Positions 23,629 through 32,961 of a stretch of DNA of 56,970 nt are shown here, piece by piece (the stretch's first letter is position 1; each line of letters begins with the position of its first letter). A model generated the notes under the pieces. The model saw only the letters and a list, made by a program, of their open reading frames with translations, made no database searches and was not told the origin of the DNA. Source of the DNA: a virus (Duplodnaviria > Caudoviricetes). A program made the position numbers and the translations under genes. The DNA is taken from positions 1 through 56,970 of IMG/VR virus record IMGVR_UViG_3300049436_000157; one strand, given 5' to 3'.

Positions 23629-24203
23629 CCGACCGAGAGCACATCGCCGCCCTGCTCGCTGCCTGCCTGGCCCTGGCGTTTCTGGCGCTGCTGGGCTGGG
23701 CCATATTCCGTCCCGCGCCGGTGGTCGAGACGCCCGCCGCCGAAGTGCGTCAGGACGATGGCTCGCTGGTCCTGCAGCGCGAGGCCTCCGGACCCATCAC
23801 GCCGGCCACCAAGCCCGCCCACACGATCCCGCCAAGAGCCCGGGTGGAGCGCATCGTCAAGGTGAAGGTGCAGCCGAACCAGCCGCCGGCCGGCCAGCCG
23901 TGCCCGCCGGTGACGGTCGATATGACGCTGGTCCGAGAGCTTGACGGCAGCCGCCGGGTGATCGCCTCGAGCCCGGACGGCCAGGTGGTCGCCGGCATGG
24001 ACATCCCCGTTGAAACCATTTACCCGACGTCGGGCAAATGGGCGGCCGGCCTCAGTCTCGACCCGATCCACCAGGCCCCGGGTGTCTGGCTGGAGCGCGA
24101 TCTGAGTCGTATCCGGGTCGGGGTCGAGATCAATCAGGTGGCCCAGAAGAACGGCGGAACAACGGGCGGGGAGATTCGACTTCGACTGGGGATGACCTGG
24201 TGA
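23625..24203 (+). CDS. Membrane-anchored lysis accessory (spanin candidate)
   Basis: N-terminal TM; C-terminal amphipathic beta strands ending in W. Confidence 0.55.
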   Translation: MTDREHIAALLAACLALAFLALLGWAIFRPAPVVETPAAEVRQDDGSLVLQREASGPITPATKPAHTIPPRARVERIVKVKVQPNQPPAGQPCPPVTVDMTLVRELDGSRRVIASSPDGQVVAGMDIPVETIYPTSGKWAAGLSLDPIHQAPGVWLERDLSRIRVGVEINQVAQKNGGTTGGEIRLRLGMTW

Positions 24204-24212
24204 GGATGAGGA

Positions 24213-24554
24213 ATGAAGAGGATGAGTGATCCCATCGAGCAACGGATAGTCGCCGCTATTGCGGAGATGACGGACCCGAACATGAAGACGGTACTGCTGC
24301 TGCAACTGGGGGTATTGAAGGAACTGGGCGGACGCCTTGATGCCATGCGCGCCGACGAGGCCGGTCTGCGTGAGGCGGTTCTGAATGGGCACAGCAGGGA
24401 CCACGATTCACACCACACCTGGGTGGCCAAGAAGATCAAGGAGGAGGAGGCCGCGGCTCAGGACAACAGGAAGATCCGCGCTGGACTTGTGGAGAAGGTG
24501 CTGTGGTCTCTGCTCGTGCTGGCGGCGAGTTCAGGGTGGTGGCTGCCGAAATAA
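24213..24554 (+). CDS. Coiled-coil protein with C-terminal TM
   Basis: Helical body, hydrophobic C-terminus. Confidence 0.7.
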   Translation: MKRMSDPIEQRIVAAIAEMTDPNMKTVLLLQLGVLKELGGRLDAMRADEAGLREAVLNGHSRDHDSHHTWVAKKIKEEEAAAQDNRKIRAGLVEKVLWSLLVLAASSGWWLPK

Positions 24555-24652
24555 AGACCATTGGAGTGCCGGGTTACTCGGCAATTGCTCCGAATACACC
24601 CCACCCCGAGAGTTGGAACTGAGACTCAACCTGCAACCCTACGGAGAATTCT

Positions 24653-25240
24653 ATGCTCACTGATGCCCGCGTAAATGCAATGCTCGATGCCGAGCTTTCC
24701 GCCAACGACAAGTTGTCCCTTCACACTGCCTACTCGACCACCGGCGCCAACGAAGTCACCGGTGGCAGCTATGCCCGTCAGACCGTGACCTGGGCGGCGG
24801 CGGCAAGCCGTAGCAAGGCCAGTTCCGGAAACGTCGACCTCCAGGTTCCCGCCGGTACCACGGTGGCCTGGATCGGTGTCTGGAACTCGACCGGGACTAC
24901 GTTCCGCGGCATGTTCCCCAACGGCGGCCAGGATCGCAGCTTCCAGGTGGATCTGACGAACAACCGGATCTACTGCGAGGGCCACGGCATGGTCGCCGAC
25001 AACCGCGTGGTCTTCACCGGCGCCACGGTCCCGGCCGGACTGACCGCGGGCACCCACTACTACGTCGTTGGCGTGACCGCTGGCGATCCGGATTACTTCC
25101 AGGTGTCGGCCACCCAGGGCGGCGCGGCCATCGACATCACTGCCCAGGCCTCTGCGGACTGCACGGTATCGAAGATCGTCCTCGAAACCTATGCGGCCGA
25201 TGGTACCCACCGCGTCACGTCCCTGTCGGTGGCGATGTAA
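24653..25240 (+). CDS. Virion structural/fibre-associated protein
   Basis: LSLHT..GANEVTGGSYARQ-x-V-x-W motif, related to 32962-33753; followed by a HG..V-x-F..PAGL..YYV..FQVS module. Confidence 0.75.
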   Translation: MLTDARVNAMLDAELSANDKLSLHTAYSTTGANEVTGGSYARQTVTWAAAASRSKASSGNVDLQVPAGTTVAWIGVWNSTGTTFRGMFPNGGQDRSFQVDLTNNRIYCEGHGMVADNRVVFTGATVPAGLTAGTHYYVVGVTAGDPDYFQVSATQGGAAIDITAQASADCTVSKIVLETYAADGTHRVTSLSVAM

Positions 25241-25255
25241 TCGCCACAATCAATC

Positions 25256-25666
25256 ATGGCTCTCCGCGATGAAATCCTGGTCGCCTTCCCAGGCCTGACT
25301 GCCGCTACTCGGGACGATGGTGCGATTGCCACTGCCCTGAGTGCCGGCCGGACCCGGCTGTGCAAGACCGAGGTCGGATTTGGCACCGTCCTCTCCACGC
25401 TTGGTCCGGTGGATGGGTCTGCGCTGCTGGATACCCTGAGTACCATCAAAGCGACGAACCGGCCGCTCTACTGGGCGTGGTATCTGCTGGAGCGCGGCGT
25501 GTTCGATTTCGGCACGGCGGCCGCGCAGGCCCAGATGGATGGCCTCGTTGCTGCTGGTGTCCTGTCGGCGGTCAATGCTGAGAAGCTGAAAGCCCTTGGC
25601 GTTGAGCCTGTGACCGTATCACCGCAGGAAGTGGCGAAAGCACTGGAGGGCTATTTCGATGCCTAA
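25256..25666 (+). CDS. Hypothetical protein
   Basis: ORF in the operon with typical codon bias. Confidence 0.75.
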   Translation: MALRDEILVAFPGLTAATRDDGAIATALSAGRTRLCKTEVGFGTVLSTLGPVDGSALLDTLSTIKATNRPLYWAWYLLERGVFDFGTAAAQAQMDGLVAAGVLSAVNAEKLKALGVEPVTVSPQEVAKALEGYFDA

Positions 25667-26102
25667 CGTCACTCAAGCAGTCGGCACCCGCACCACTCTC
25701 GGATCGTTGGGCACCCTGGCCAGCGCCACGTACCTCAACGTCGGCACCCTGACTTTCAATACCAACAAGCCCCTGGACGTTGAGCTTGAAGTTTCGGCCA
25801 CCCCTGGCACGGTGAGCGGGAACAAGCAACTCAAGGTGTTTGCCCAACAGTCCCTCGACGGAACGAACTTCGAGACGGGGCCGGTAAGCGGGACCACGAC
25901 GACGGACGAACCCAATCTGACCTTCATTGGCACCGTGCCGCTGAACAGCAACGCCACGCTCCAGCGGAAGGTATTCAAGCTCGCCGCTGCATTCGGCGGG
26001 ACGCTGCCGCACTCCGCGAAGATCATCGTGCTCAATGACAGCGGCGCGGCGCTTTCCTCTGGCTCCGTGGAGTATTCGGAAGTCACCACGACGGTGGCGT
26101 AA
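25659..26102 (+). CDS. Beta-rich putative structural protein
   Basis: Thr/Ser/Gly rich; SLDGTNF motif. Confidence 0.75.
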   Translation: MPNVTQAVGTRTTLGSLGTLASATYLNVGTLTFNTNKPLDVELEVSATPGTVSGNKQLKVFAQQSLDGTNFETGPVSGTTTTDEPNLTFIGTVPLNSNATLQRKVFKLAAAFGGTLPHSAKIIVLNDSGAALSSGSVEYSEVTTTVA

Positions 26103-27964
26103 TGAGCCTGATCCTGCGCCCACCCTGGACGCGGCAGCCCAACGACATTGTTGGGCTGGACATAGCCGGGCCGTTCGCCGCCAACCTCCAGGCTGCCGTG
26201 CTGGTCGGCAGCTTTGGGGCCTACGAGGTAGTGAGCGGCCGGTCATTCTCTCGGCTTGGGTCGGCCACCGGGACGGGGATCGACTCTCGCCAGCAGGGGC
26301 GCGTCGTCACCACCTCTACCGGATCGACGGACGCCTGGGCACTCACCGGTCTTGAGCCTCTTTGTGCGGTCACGGACAAGCTGTCCTGGGTGGTGGGGGC
26401 CTACTCCAACACTGCCGGCATTCTGCGGAAGCGTGCCATCCGGTTCTCGCACAGCACGGCTGGCACGATCATCCCCATCGACTTCTCCGATGGGGTCAGT
26501 GACGTAATCCAGACTGGTGTGCAAGTGTCTGGGGTGACTTTCGCCAACGCTAATTTGGTTGGTCAGGCCCAGGTCGCCGGCAGGCACTTTTTCCTCGGGT
26601 ACAGCTACGACACGAACAACGGCTCGACCCCCTACCTAGCGTCTGTCGACGGGAACACCCAAGCCTTCTCTGTAAATGGCGCTTCGGTCAACAACCTCGC
26701 CAACGTCATCAACCAGATATACCTGGGGAATAGTGGCTCCGGCTTTCCTCTCAACGGCGGCGTCTCGGTGGCGCTGCTTTGGAACTGCCTCTGGTCGCAG
26801 GGGGCGCTCAATGCTCTCACTGCGAACCCGTGGCAGGTATTAGCCCCCATCAAGCGCCGGATTTGGGTTCCGGTAGCGGCTGGCGGAGGCGCGATCAGCA
26901 CCACGGCGGCCGGCCTTGTTGTGCCGCGGGGGGCCGATGCATCAACAAAAACGGGCACCACCTCGTTTGTTGGCCAGATCCTCCATCTGGGCGCGTCCTC
27001 GGCGGCGAAGATAGCCACGGCGTCCCAGGGCGGGTCCGTTCGAACGGTGGCTGCGATCACCGGCGCCAAGGTCGCGGGGTCCTCCGCGGCAGGTTCGGCG
27101 CCTGCCCTGGGCTCCAATGTGGGCGCGAAGATTGCGGCGCATACGTCCGCCGGGATCGATGCTGCGCTGGGCACCGCATCCTGGGCCAAGATCAGTCAGC
27201 CATCCGCGGCGGGCCTCCTGTCGCCCTTCGGTGCCTCGGCCTGGACGAAGACCGGGACCGCTGCATCCGCTGGGTGGGCGGTCCCGGCGGGGGCATCGGC
27301 GGCCGGAAAGGTGTCGGCGAACGTCGTCACGGCCCAGGCCGCGGGATTCATGCCTGGGTTTTCGTCACTGGCCTATGCAAAGGTCGGCGGAGGTGCCGCG
27401 GCGGGGGCCTATCAATCGGTCGGGTCTGCCGCATGGACGAAGGTCGGCACTTCCCAGGCTTCAGGGGCCACCCCCGCCTGGGGCGCTTCGACCCCGACCA
27501 AGATCGTGGGCCACTCGGCGGCTGGCCAGTCAATTCACTATGCCGCGGCCGGCGCCAGGAAGATCGCCGACTATTCCCTGTCCGGGCGCCTCACGCTGGA
27601 GGGCATCGCGTCCGGCGGGCCGGTGGCTGGCGCCTCAATCTCTGCCGCGGCCATGGTCAAGCTGGCCGAGATATGGGCACGGCTGGGCCTGGATGCCGCC
27701 CGGCCGGTCCTGAATTCCTCGACGTCCATCACCTTCGGCACCATCACCCAATCCCTGGCGGATGACGGGTCCAGCGTGACTTGCACCCGGGTAGGGGCCT
27801 CCCTGCCAAGTGGGGATGCTGATGCGCAGATCCTGGACATCTGGCGGCGCCTTGGCCTGGACAGTGATGCGCCCATGGTCACGACCATGACCACAATCAC
27901 GGCCGGGCCTACCGTCACCTTGAACCTGGAGGGCGACCAGGAGATTACGGTGTCTAGGCAATGA
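26102..27964 (+). CDS. Fibre-like protein: LamG-like N-terminus plus ~20-aa Ala/Gly/Ser repeats
   Basis: IYLG..PLNG-x-V..LW..L-x-ANPWQ; about 13 'AAG....G.S...K' repeats; duplicated IW-x-RLGLD module. Confidence 0.7.
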   Translation: MSLILRPPWTRQPNDIVGLDIAGPFAANLQAAVLVGSFGAYEVVSGRSFSRLGSATGTGIDSRQQGRVVTTSTGSTDAWALTGLEPLCAVTDKLSWVVGAYSNTAGILRKRAIRFSHSTAGTIIPIDFSDGVSDVIQTGVQVSGVTFANANLVGQAQVAGRHFFLGYSYDTNNGSTPYLASVDGNTQAFSVNGASVNNLANVINQIYLGNSGSGFPLNGGVSVALLWNCLWSQGALNALTANPWQVLAPIKRRIWVPVAAGGGAISTTAAGLVVPRGADASTKTGTTSFVGQILHLGASSAAKIATASQGGSVRTVAAITGAKVAGSSAAGSAPALGSNVGAKIAAHTSAGIDAALGTASWAKISQPSAAGLLSPFGASAWTKTGTAASAGWAVPAGASAAGKVSANVVTAQAAGFMPGFSSLAYAKVGGGAAAGAYQSVGSAAWTKVGTSQASGATPAWGASTPTKIVGHSAAGQSIHYAAAGARKIADYSLSGRLTLEGIASGGPVAGASISAAAMVKLAEIWARLGLDAARPVLNSSTSITFGTITQSLADDGSSVTCTRVGASLPSGDADAQILDIWRRLGLDSDAPMVTTMTTITAGPTVTLNLEGDQEITVSRQ

Positions 27965-28350
27965 GCCTGTCCGCCCGATCGCTGGCTACCCTGGGGATGG
28001 GATATTTCCCTCGGCTGGTTGCTGCTGTCGGCTTGTGGGCTCCGCCGGTAGTGGAAGCCGCGATTGGAGGTTATGGAGGTCGGGAATCGGCGGGTGATGA
28101 AGCTCAGATCCACCGCGACCACTGGGAATACCTCGACGGCCTGCGCCAGGTCGAAGTCCAGGTGGCCGACGACGTGGCTGGTGTGCGGACCTACCGGATC
28201 CCTGCCGATATGGCGCTTCCTGAAGACCTGGTCGCTCGCGCCATGCGTGGCAGAGTCCGCCCCGGATATCAGCCGACCGTGGCTGACGCCCTGCACGACC
28301 CAGCCATTCTCGCGGCGCTGGTCCTGCTGATCGACGAAGCCGACGAATAG
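27961..28350 (+). CDS. Hypothetical protein
   Basis: ATGA overlap with the upstream gene. Confidence 0.6.
   Translation: MSLSARSLATLGMGYFPRLVAAVGLWAPPVVEAAIGGYGGRESAGDEAQIHRDHWEYLDGLRQVEVQVADDVAGVRTYRIPADMALPEDLVARAMRGRVRPGYQPTVADALHDPAILAALVLLIDEADE
28235..28257 (+). promoter_or_regulatory. Late-gene motif, copy 2
   Basis: CTCGCGCCATGCGTGGCAGAGT, about 100 bp upstream of the gene at 28360. Confidence 0.55.
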
Positions 28351-28359
28351 GAGATTGCC

Positions 28360-28557
28360 GTGGCGAAGAAGCGCAGCCTGGGAACAGTATCGATCAAACC
28401 CGACGAGGAGTGGCGTGTCGAGGACGACATGCGCACGTTGATGAACGCCAAGGAGATCCAGGCCGATCCGAAGCGCATGGCCAAGATCAAGGCCTTGGCC
28501 CGCAAGAAGCTTGAAAGCGTTGCCTCTGTGCTGAGCGAGGCCAGCGAGACCGAGTAG
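28360..28557 (+). CDS. Small hypothetical protein upstream of the scaffold
   Basis: GGGAG SD; W-x-x-EDDMRTL..A-x-EI..DP-x-R. Confidence 0.75.
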   Translation: MAKKRSLGTVSIKPDEEWRVEDDMRTLMNAKEIQADPKRMAKIKALARKKLESVASVLSEASETE

Positions 28558-28594
28558 CACCACCCACCCATCCACCAAGAGCAGGAGTTCTGCT

Positions 28595-29608
28595 ATGAGC
28601 AAAAACGACGATTCCGCCCCCACCGACCGCGATGCCGCACTGGCCGGCCTGACCGACGAGGAGCGCGCGGCCATTGCCGATGACGAGTTCAGCGAAGAAG
28701 AGCGCAACAGGCTGCAGGAGATTGCCGGAGACGACGACTCGGACGACGATGACGACGACGATGGCGAGGACTACGACGAGGGGGGCGGCGCCGCGAGCGG
28801 AGATGCCTCCGGAAAGCCGGCGGCCGGGGCCTCCGATGATGCTGGCGACGGCGGCGACGCGGGAGATGACGGCGCCCCCTCTGGCGAAGACGATGACGAC
28901 GAGAGCTATCGCCCGCGTTATCAGGTCCAACTGCCCGAGGACTTCCAGCAGCGCGTCCAGGCCCTGGAGGAGCAGGAAGTGGAACTGGCGAAGAAGTTCA
29001 GGTCCGGCGAGATCGAAGCCGAGGACTTCCTGGCCGAGAACAAGCGCATCGCCAAGGAGCGCCGCGATCTCGACAAGCTCGAGACGAAGCACGAGATCGC
29101 CGAGGAGTTCAACGCCCAGACCGCAGAGCAGGAGTGGGTGGGCACCGTCAATCGGTTCCTGCGCAAGGTGAAGGCCGAGGAAGGCATTGATTACCGGTCG
29201 GGTGACATGTCCGATGACTTCGACTCCCTGATCAAGACGCTGGCCGCCAACCCGAAGCACCAGGGCAAGAGCTACCAGTTCTTCCTCGAGCAGGCCCACA
29301 AGGCCACCAAGGCGCTGCACGGCATCGGCGACAAGAAGCCTCCCAAGGCGCAGGATGATCCGCACAAGAAACCGGCAGCCGCCGCGGACCCCGGGAAGCC
29401 TGCCCCAAAAGCCGACGGCAAGCCCGCTGCGCGCAAGCCGCCGGTGGATCAGGTGCCCAAGACGCTGGCCAACGTCCCCGGGGGAGAAGGCCCGGGCGAT
29501 GTCGAGGACGAGTTCTCCCACCTCGATTCACTGGACGGCCTGGAGTATGAAACGGCCTTGGCCAGCATGTCGCCCGCCCAGCGCGAGCGGTACCTGAAAG
29601 CCGCGTGA
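28595..29608 (+). CDS. Capsid scaffolding protein
   Basis: Highly acidic, coiled-coil, C-terminal helix pair (MSPAQRERYL); precedes the capsid gene. Confidence 0.8.
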   Translation: MSKNDDSAPTDRDAALAGLTDEERAAIADDEFSEEERNRLQEIAGDDDSDDDDDDDGEDYDEGGGAASGDASGKPAAGASDDAGDGGDAGDDGAPSGEDDDDESYRPRYQVQLPEDFQQRVQALEEQEVELAKKFRSGEIEAEDFLAENKRIAKERRDLDKLETKHEIAEEFNAQTAEQEWVGTVNRFLRKVKAEEGIDYRSGDMSDDFDSLIKTLAANPKHQGKSYQFFLEQAHKATKALHGIGDKKPPKAQDDPHKKPAAAADPGKPAPKADGKPAARKPPVDQVPKTLANVPGGEGPGDVEDEFSHLDSLDGLEYETALASMSPAQRERYLKAA

Positions 29609-29811
29609 TGCCCTCGCCGGCGGTGTCCCAGATGACCGTCGATGTCCGCCCCGGGCAGCATCTGCTGCTCGATGGGCGGCGGATCGTTGTGGAGCTTCTG
29701 GACAAGAGCGGGAAGCTGGCCAGACTGCGGGTGACCGCGCCGCGAGACATGAAGATCGAGAAGGAAGAAGGGGATTCGCCTCGCGCCATGCGTGGCAATG
29801 TAGCGCCGTAG
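29605..29811 (+). CDS. CsrA-like small protein
   Basis: DVRPGQHLLL..IVVELL..GKLARLRVTAPRDMKI resembles the CsrA beta pattern. Confidence 0.5.
   Translation: MMPSPAVSQMTVDVRPGQHLLLDGRRIVVELLDKSGKLARLRVTAPRDMKIEKEEGDSPRAMRGNVAP
29780..29802 (+). promoter_or_regulatory. Late-gene motif, copy 3
   Basis: CTCGCGCCATGCGTGGCAATGT, about 75 bp upstream of the major capsid gene. Confidence 0.6.
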
Positions 29812-29877
29812 TTTGTCGTTCGAATTCAGGGTGCGCAGGAGTGCGCCTGGTTGAGTCACTAACCAAGGAGCCTCCAA

Positions 29878-30993
29878 ATGGCACGCACCATCGTCGGGGT
29901 CAATGACCCCAAGGCAGTCAAGAAGTGGTCCGGCAATCTCGCCCTGGACACCAGCCTGAAGTCGTTCTTCAACACCCGCTTCATGGCCCGCGGCGCCGAG
30001 GCGGAGGTACCCATCCAGATCCTCACGGATCTGGAGTCCGATGCCGGCGAGGAGATCAAGTACGACCTGCTGGCCGAGTTGGTGATGGCCCCGGTCGAGG
30101 GTGAGGATGACCTGGAAGGCAAGGAAGAGCGTCAGCGCTTCTACACCGACTCGGTCTACATCGACCAGGCCCGGTGCGGCGTCAATACCGGCGGCCGCAT
30201 GACCCGCAAGCGCACCCTGCACAACCTGCGCGAGAAGGCCCGGCGCCAGCAGTCCAGCTGGTGGGCCCGCCTTCAGGACGAACTGCTGTTCATCTACCTG
30301 TCTGGAGCCCGCGGTATCAATCCGAACTTCCTGGTTCCGACCGGCTATACCGGACGGGCCAGCAACTCGCTGGTGTCTCCGGACACCAATCACGTGCTGT
30401 ACGGCAACGACGCCACGGCGTTCAACAACATCGATTCCACCGACAAGATGGATCTGGGCATCATCGGCCGGGCGGTTGTGCGCGCCGAGGTCCAGGGCGG
30501 TGGCATCTCGAACATCCCGGTCATGCAGCCCTGCAAGATCGGTGGCGAAGAGTGCTTCGTCATGGTGATGCACACCTGGCAGGAGGACGACCTGCGCAAG
30601 AGCACCGCCACCGGCGACTGGCTGGATCTGCAGAAAGCCGCCGCCGCCGCCGAGGGGCGCAACTCGCCGCTGTTCAAGCGGAACCTGGGCATGCACCGCG
30701 GCTGCGTTCTGCACTCCCACAAGAACGTCATTCGCTTCAACACCGCCGGTTCCGGCGCCAACGTCGAGGCGGCCCGGGCGCTCTTCATGGGAGCCCAGGC
30801 CGGCGTGGTGGCCTTCGGCTCGCCGGGCACCAACCTGCGCTTCGACTGGTTCGAAGAGACCCGCGACAACGGCGACAAGGTGGTGATCTCGACCAGTTCC
30901 ATCTTCGGCTGCAAGAAGACCACCTTCACGACCGAGTCCGGTGCACAGGACTTCGGCATCTTCGCGCTGGATACCGCCTGCGCCTCTCGCTAA
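29878..30993 (+). CDS. Major capsid protein, N4-gp56 family
   Basis: DPKAVKKWS, LEGKEE, IDQARCGV..GRMTRKRT-x-HNLR, RALFMGAQA, D-x-GD, DFG. Confidence 0.92.
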   Translation: MARTIVGVNDPKAVKKWSGNLALDTSLKSFFNTRFMARGAEAEVPIQILTDLESDAGEEIKYDLLAELVMAPVEGEDDLEGKEERQRFYTDSVYIDQARCGVNTGGRMTRKRTLHNLREKARRQQSSWWARLQDELLFIYLSGARGINPNFLVPTGYTGRASNSLVSPDTNHVLYGNDATAFNNIDSTDKMDLGIIGRAVVRAEVQGGGISNIPVMQPCKIGGEECFVMVMHTWQEDDLRKSTATGDWLDLQKAAAAAEGRNSPLFKRNLGMHRGCVLHSHKNVIRFNTAGSGANVEAARALFMGAQAGVVAFGSPGTNLRFDWFEETRDNGDKVVISTSSIFGCKKTTFTTESGAQDFGIFALDTACASR

Positions 30994-31048
30994 TCGGACG
31001 ATGGCCGGCTGAGAACGCCGGCCGTCTCCCTGAAAAGGAGCAACAAAC

Positions 31049-31543
31049 ATGAGCTTCGCAACCAAGAACGACTACATCACCGGCCGCAAGCCGATCGTGT
31101 CGCCCTCCGGCGCCGAGGTGTGCGCCGTCCGTTTCGCCCAGGCCGTGGCCGCCGGCGAAATGGCGCTGAACGCCCTCGACAACATCGGCATCCTGCCGGC
31201 CGGCTGCGTGCCGGTGGCCGTACTGGTGGACTCGGACGACCTGGACACCAACGGCACACCGACGATCCAGTGGGCGTTCGGCGTCTCCAATGCCGCGGTC
31301 ACCAACAACGTGCAGGGGCAAACGCCGACGGACATCTCCACGGCGACGGCCGATGGCGGCGCTGCCTGGGCGACCGGCGTCACGATCTCGCAGGCTGGCG
31401 GCCAGGTGGATGCAGTGAGCAAGGCGCTGTCCCGCGTCCAGGCTGTGAATTACGACCGTTACATCGTGGCCAAGGCAACGACCGCGGCGGCCACCGGTGC
31501 GGCCGGCGAGCTGGGCCTGACGCTCCTGTACCGGCCCGCGTAA
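31049..31543 (+). CDS. Capsid decoration/cement-like protein
   Basis: LPAG...DDLDTNG-x-PT; follows the capsid gene; AAGGAG SD. Confidence 0.7.
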   Translation: MSFATKNDYITGRKPIVSPSGAEVCAVRFAQAVAAGEMALNALDNIGILPAGCVPVAVLVDSDDLDTNGTPTIQWAFGVSNAAVTNNVQGQTPTDISTATADGGAAWATGVTISQAGGQVDAVSKALSRVQAVNYDRYIVAKATTAAATGAAGELGLTLLYRPA

Positions 31544-31586
31544 CGACCAGTCCTCTGAGGGGTAGGCCCTCGTCGGGCCTTTGACG

Positions 31587-31615
31587 AAGGGGGCGGAGAT
31601 CGCCCCCTTTCTTTT
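31587..31615 (+). terminator. Intrinsic terminator after the capsid genes
   Basis: AAGGGGGCG-GAGAT-CGCCCCCTT-TCTTTT. Confidence 0.85.
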
Positions 31616-31630
31616 GACTAGGAGCAGAGC

Positions 31631-31960
31631 ATGAAGCTTTCTACCGACATCAAGCCGCGCAAAGACGGGACCGTCAAGGTCACCGTGCCGGACGGTACCG
31701 AATACAAGTTTTCCGTCGATGGCGACGGCCAGCTGTCTGCCGAAGTCGCCAATGCCGACCACATCGGCTTCCTTCTGGATACCGGCAATTTCTACCCGGT
31801 TGAAGAGGACGACATTGACGCAGGCCTCAAGCTCGTGGCCGGCGGTGACGACGACGCGCAAGCGGATGATCAGCCGGATGGTGCGGTCGATCACGTCGCC
31901 TATCCCCTTGCTGCGGCCGGCGAGACCGAAGCGAAGCCGGCGCCCAAGAAGAAGAAGTAA
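31631..31960 (+). CDS. Hypothetical protein
   Basis: AGGAG SD; acidic with a KKKK tail. Confidence 0.75.
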   Translation: MKLSTDIKPRKDGTVKVTVPDGTEYKFSVDGDGQLSAEVANADHIGFLLDTGNFYPVEEDDIDAGLKLVAGGDDDAQADDQPDGAVDHVAYPLAAAGETEAKPAPKKKK

Positions 31961-31963
31961 GCG

Positions 31964-32605
31964 ATGCCGAAGAAGTGGTCGGACTTCTACAACGACCTGG
32001 TGCCGTCGCTGCCCGGGGTAGGGCTGCCGCTGCTCGAGCATGAGCTGCGGCGGGCCGCCCAGGACTTCTTCTCGGGGTCGCGCGCCTGGCGGATTGTGCT
32101 GGACCCGATCGGCACCGAGGCGGGGGTCTTCGAATACCAAATGATGGCGGACGACCGCGGCCAGGACGTGGTGAGGATAGAGGCCGCCGCCTATCTTTCT
32201 GGCGGTCTTGATGTGCTGACGCTTCCCGATGTCGTCACGCGCTACGGGGCGGATTGGTGGAATGCCTCTGGATCCCCGGCAGCGGTGACCCAACTGCGAC
32301 CCGGCTATATCTCGCTTTGTCCGACGCCAGATGCGGCCGTCGCTGATGCGCTGGTGCTGACCGTTTCAGTGCGGCCGTCGGATACATCAACCGGGATCGA
32401 TGATGACTTGGCGATCAAGTTTCGCTCGGCCCTGATCGACGGCGCCAAGGGACGATTGATGCTGATGCCAAAGAAGCCGTGGACAGATTTTCAGCTGGGC
32501 AGCGTGCTATCTGCGCGTTTCGGCGACAAGGTTGATGATGCCCGGTCCAAGGCGGAGCGCGCCTATGGTCGTGGTCGGGTGCGGTCCCGGCCCCAGTGGT
32601 GTTGA
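31964..32605 (+). CDS. Putative head-tail adaptor
   Basis: Position; AAQDF..S-x-AW, L-x-PTPD, I-x-DGA..RL..P..PW pattern. Confidence 0.7.
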   Translation: MPKKWSDFYNDLVPSLPGVGLPLLEHELRRAAQDFFSGSRAWRIVLDPIGTEAGVFEYQMMADDRGQDVVRIEAAAYLSGGLDVLTLPDVVTRYGADWWNASGSPAAVTQLRPGYISLCPTPDAAVADALVLTVSVRPSDTSTGIDDDLAIKFRSALIDGAKGRLMLMPKKPWTDFQLGSVLSARFGDKVDDARSKAERAYGRGRVRSRPQWC

Positions 32606-32613
32606 GGTAGGCC

Positions 32614-32943
32614 ATGGCCACGATGCAGGACGTCCTCAACCGATCCCGGATCCCGCTCAACGACGACGAGAAGATCCGCTACACCGACGAGCGGGCGCTG
32701 GAGTTCGCCAATACCGCCATCGCCAGGGCCTATCAGGTCCGTCCCGATCTGCGCTTCGGTTCCTATGGGACCGCCTTCACGCCGCTTGCTGTGGGGGCTG
32801 ACTTCCCGCTGCCCTACCAGCATGTCCAGTCCGTGGCCGACTACGTGACCGGCCGGCTCCAGACCATTGATGAAGAGGCAACGGCAGCCGAGAAGGCCGT
32901 TGCCTATATGTCCGCTTTCGAGAGTGCGCTTGCCAGCGCCTAG
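32614..32943 (+). CDS. Adaptor-like structural protein
   Basis: LND....RYTD..L..N-x-A....RPD. Confidence 0.65.
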   Translation: MATMQDVLNRSRIPLNDDEKIRYTDERALEFANTAIARAYQVRPDLRFGSYGTAFTPLAVGADFPLPYQHVQSVADYVTGRLQTIDEEATAAEKAVAYMSAFESALASA

Positions 32944-32961
32944 CCAGGAGATCACCAGACC

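Noticed and set aside
28730-28900. GAC/GAT-rich tandem repeats
   Set aside because: Poly-Asp coding in the acidic scaffold N-terminus.
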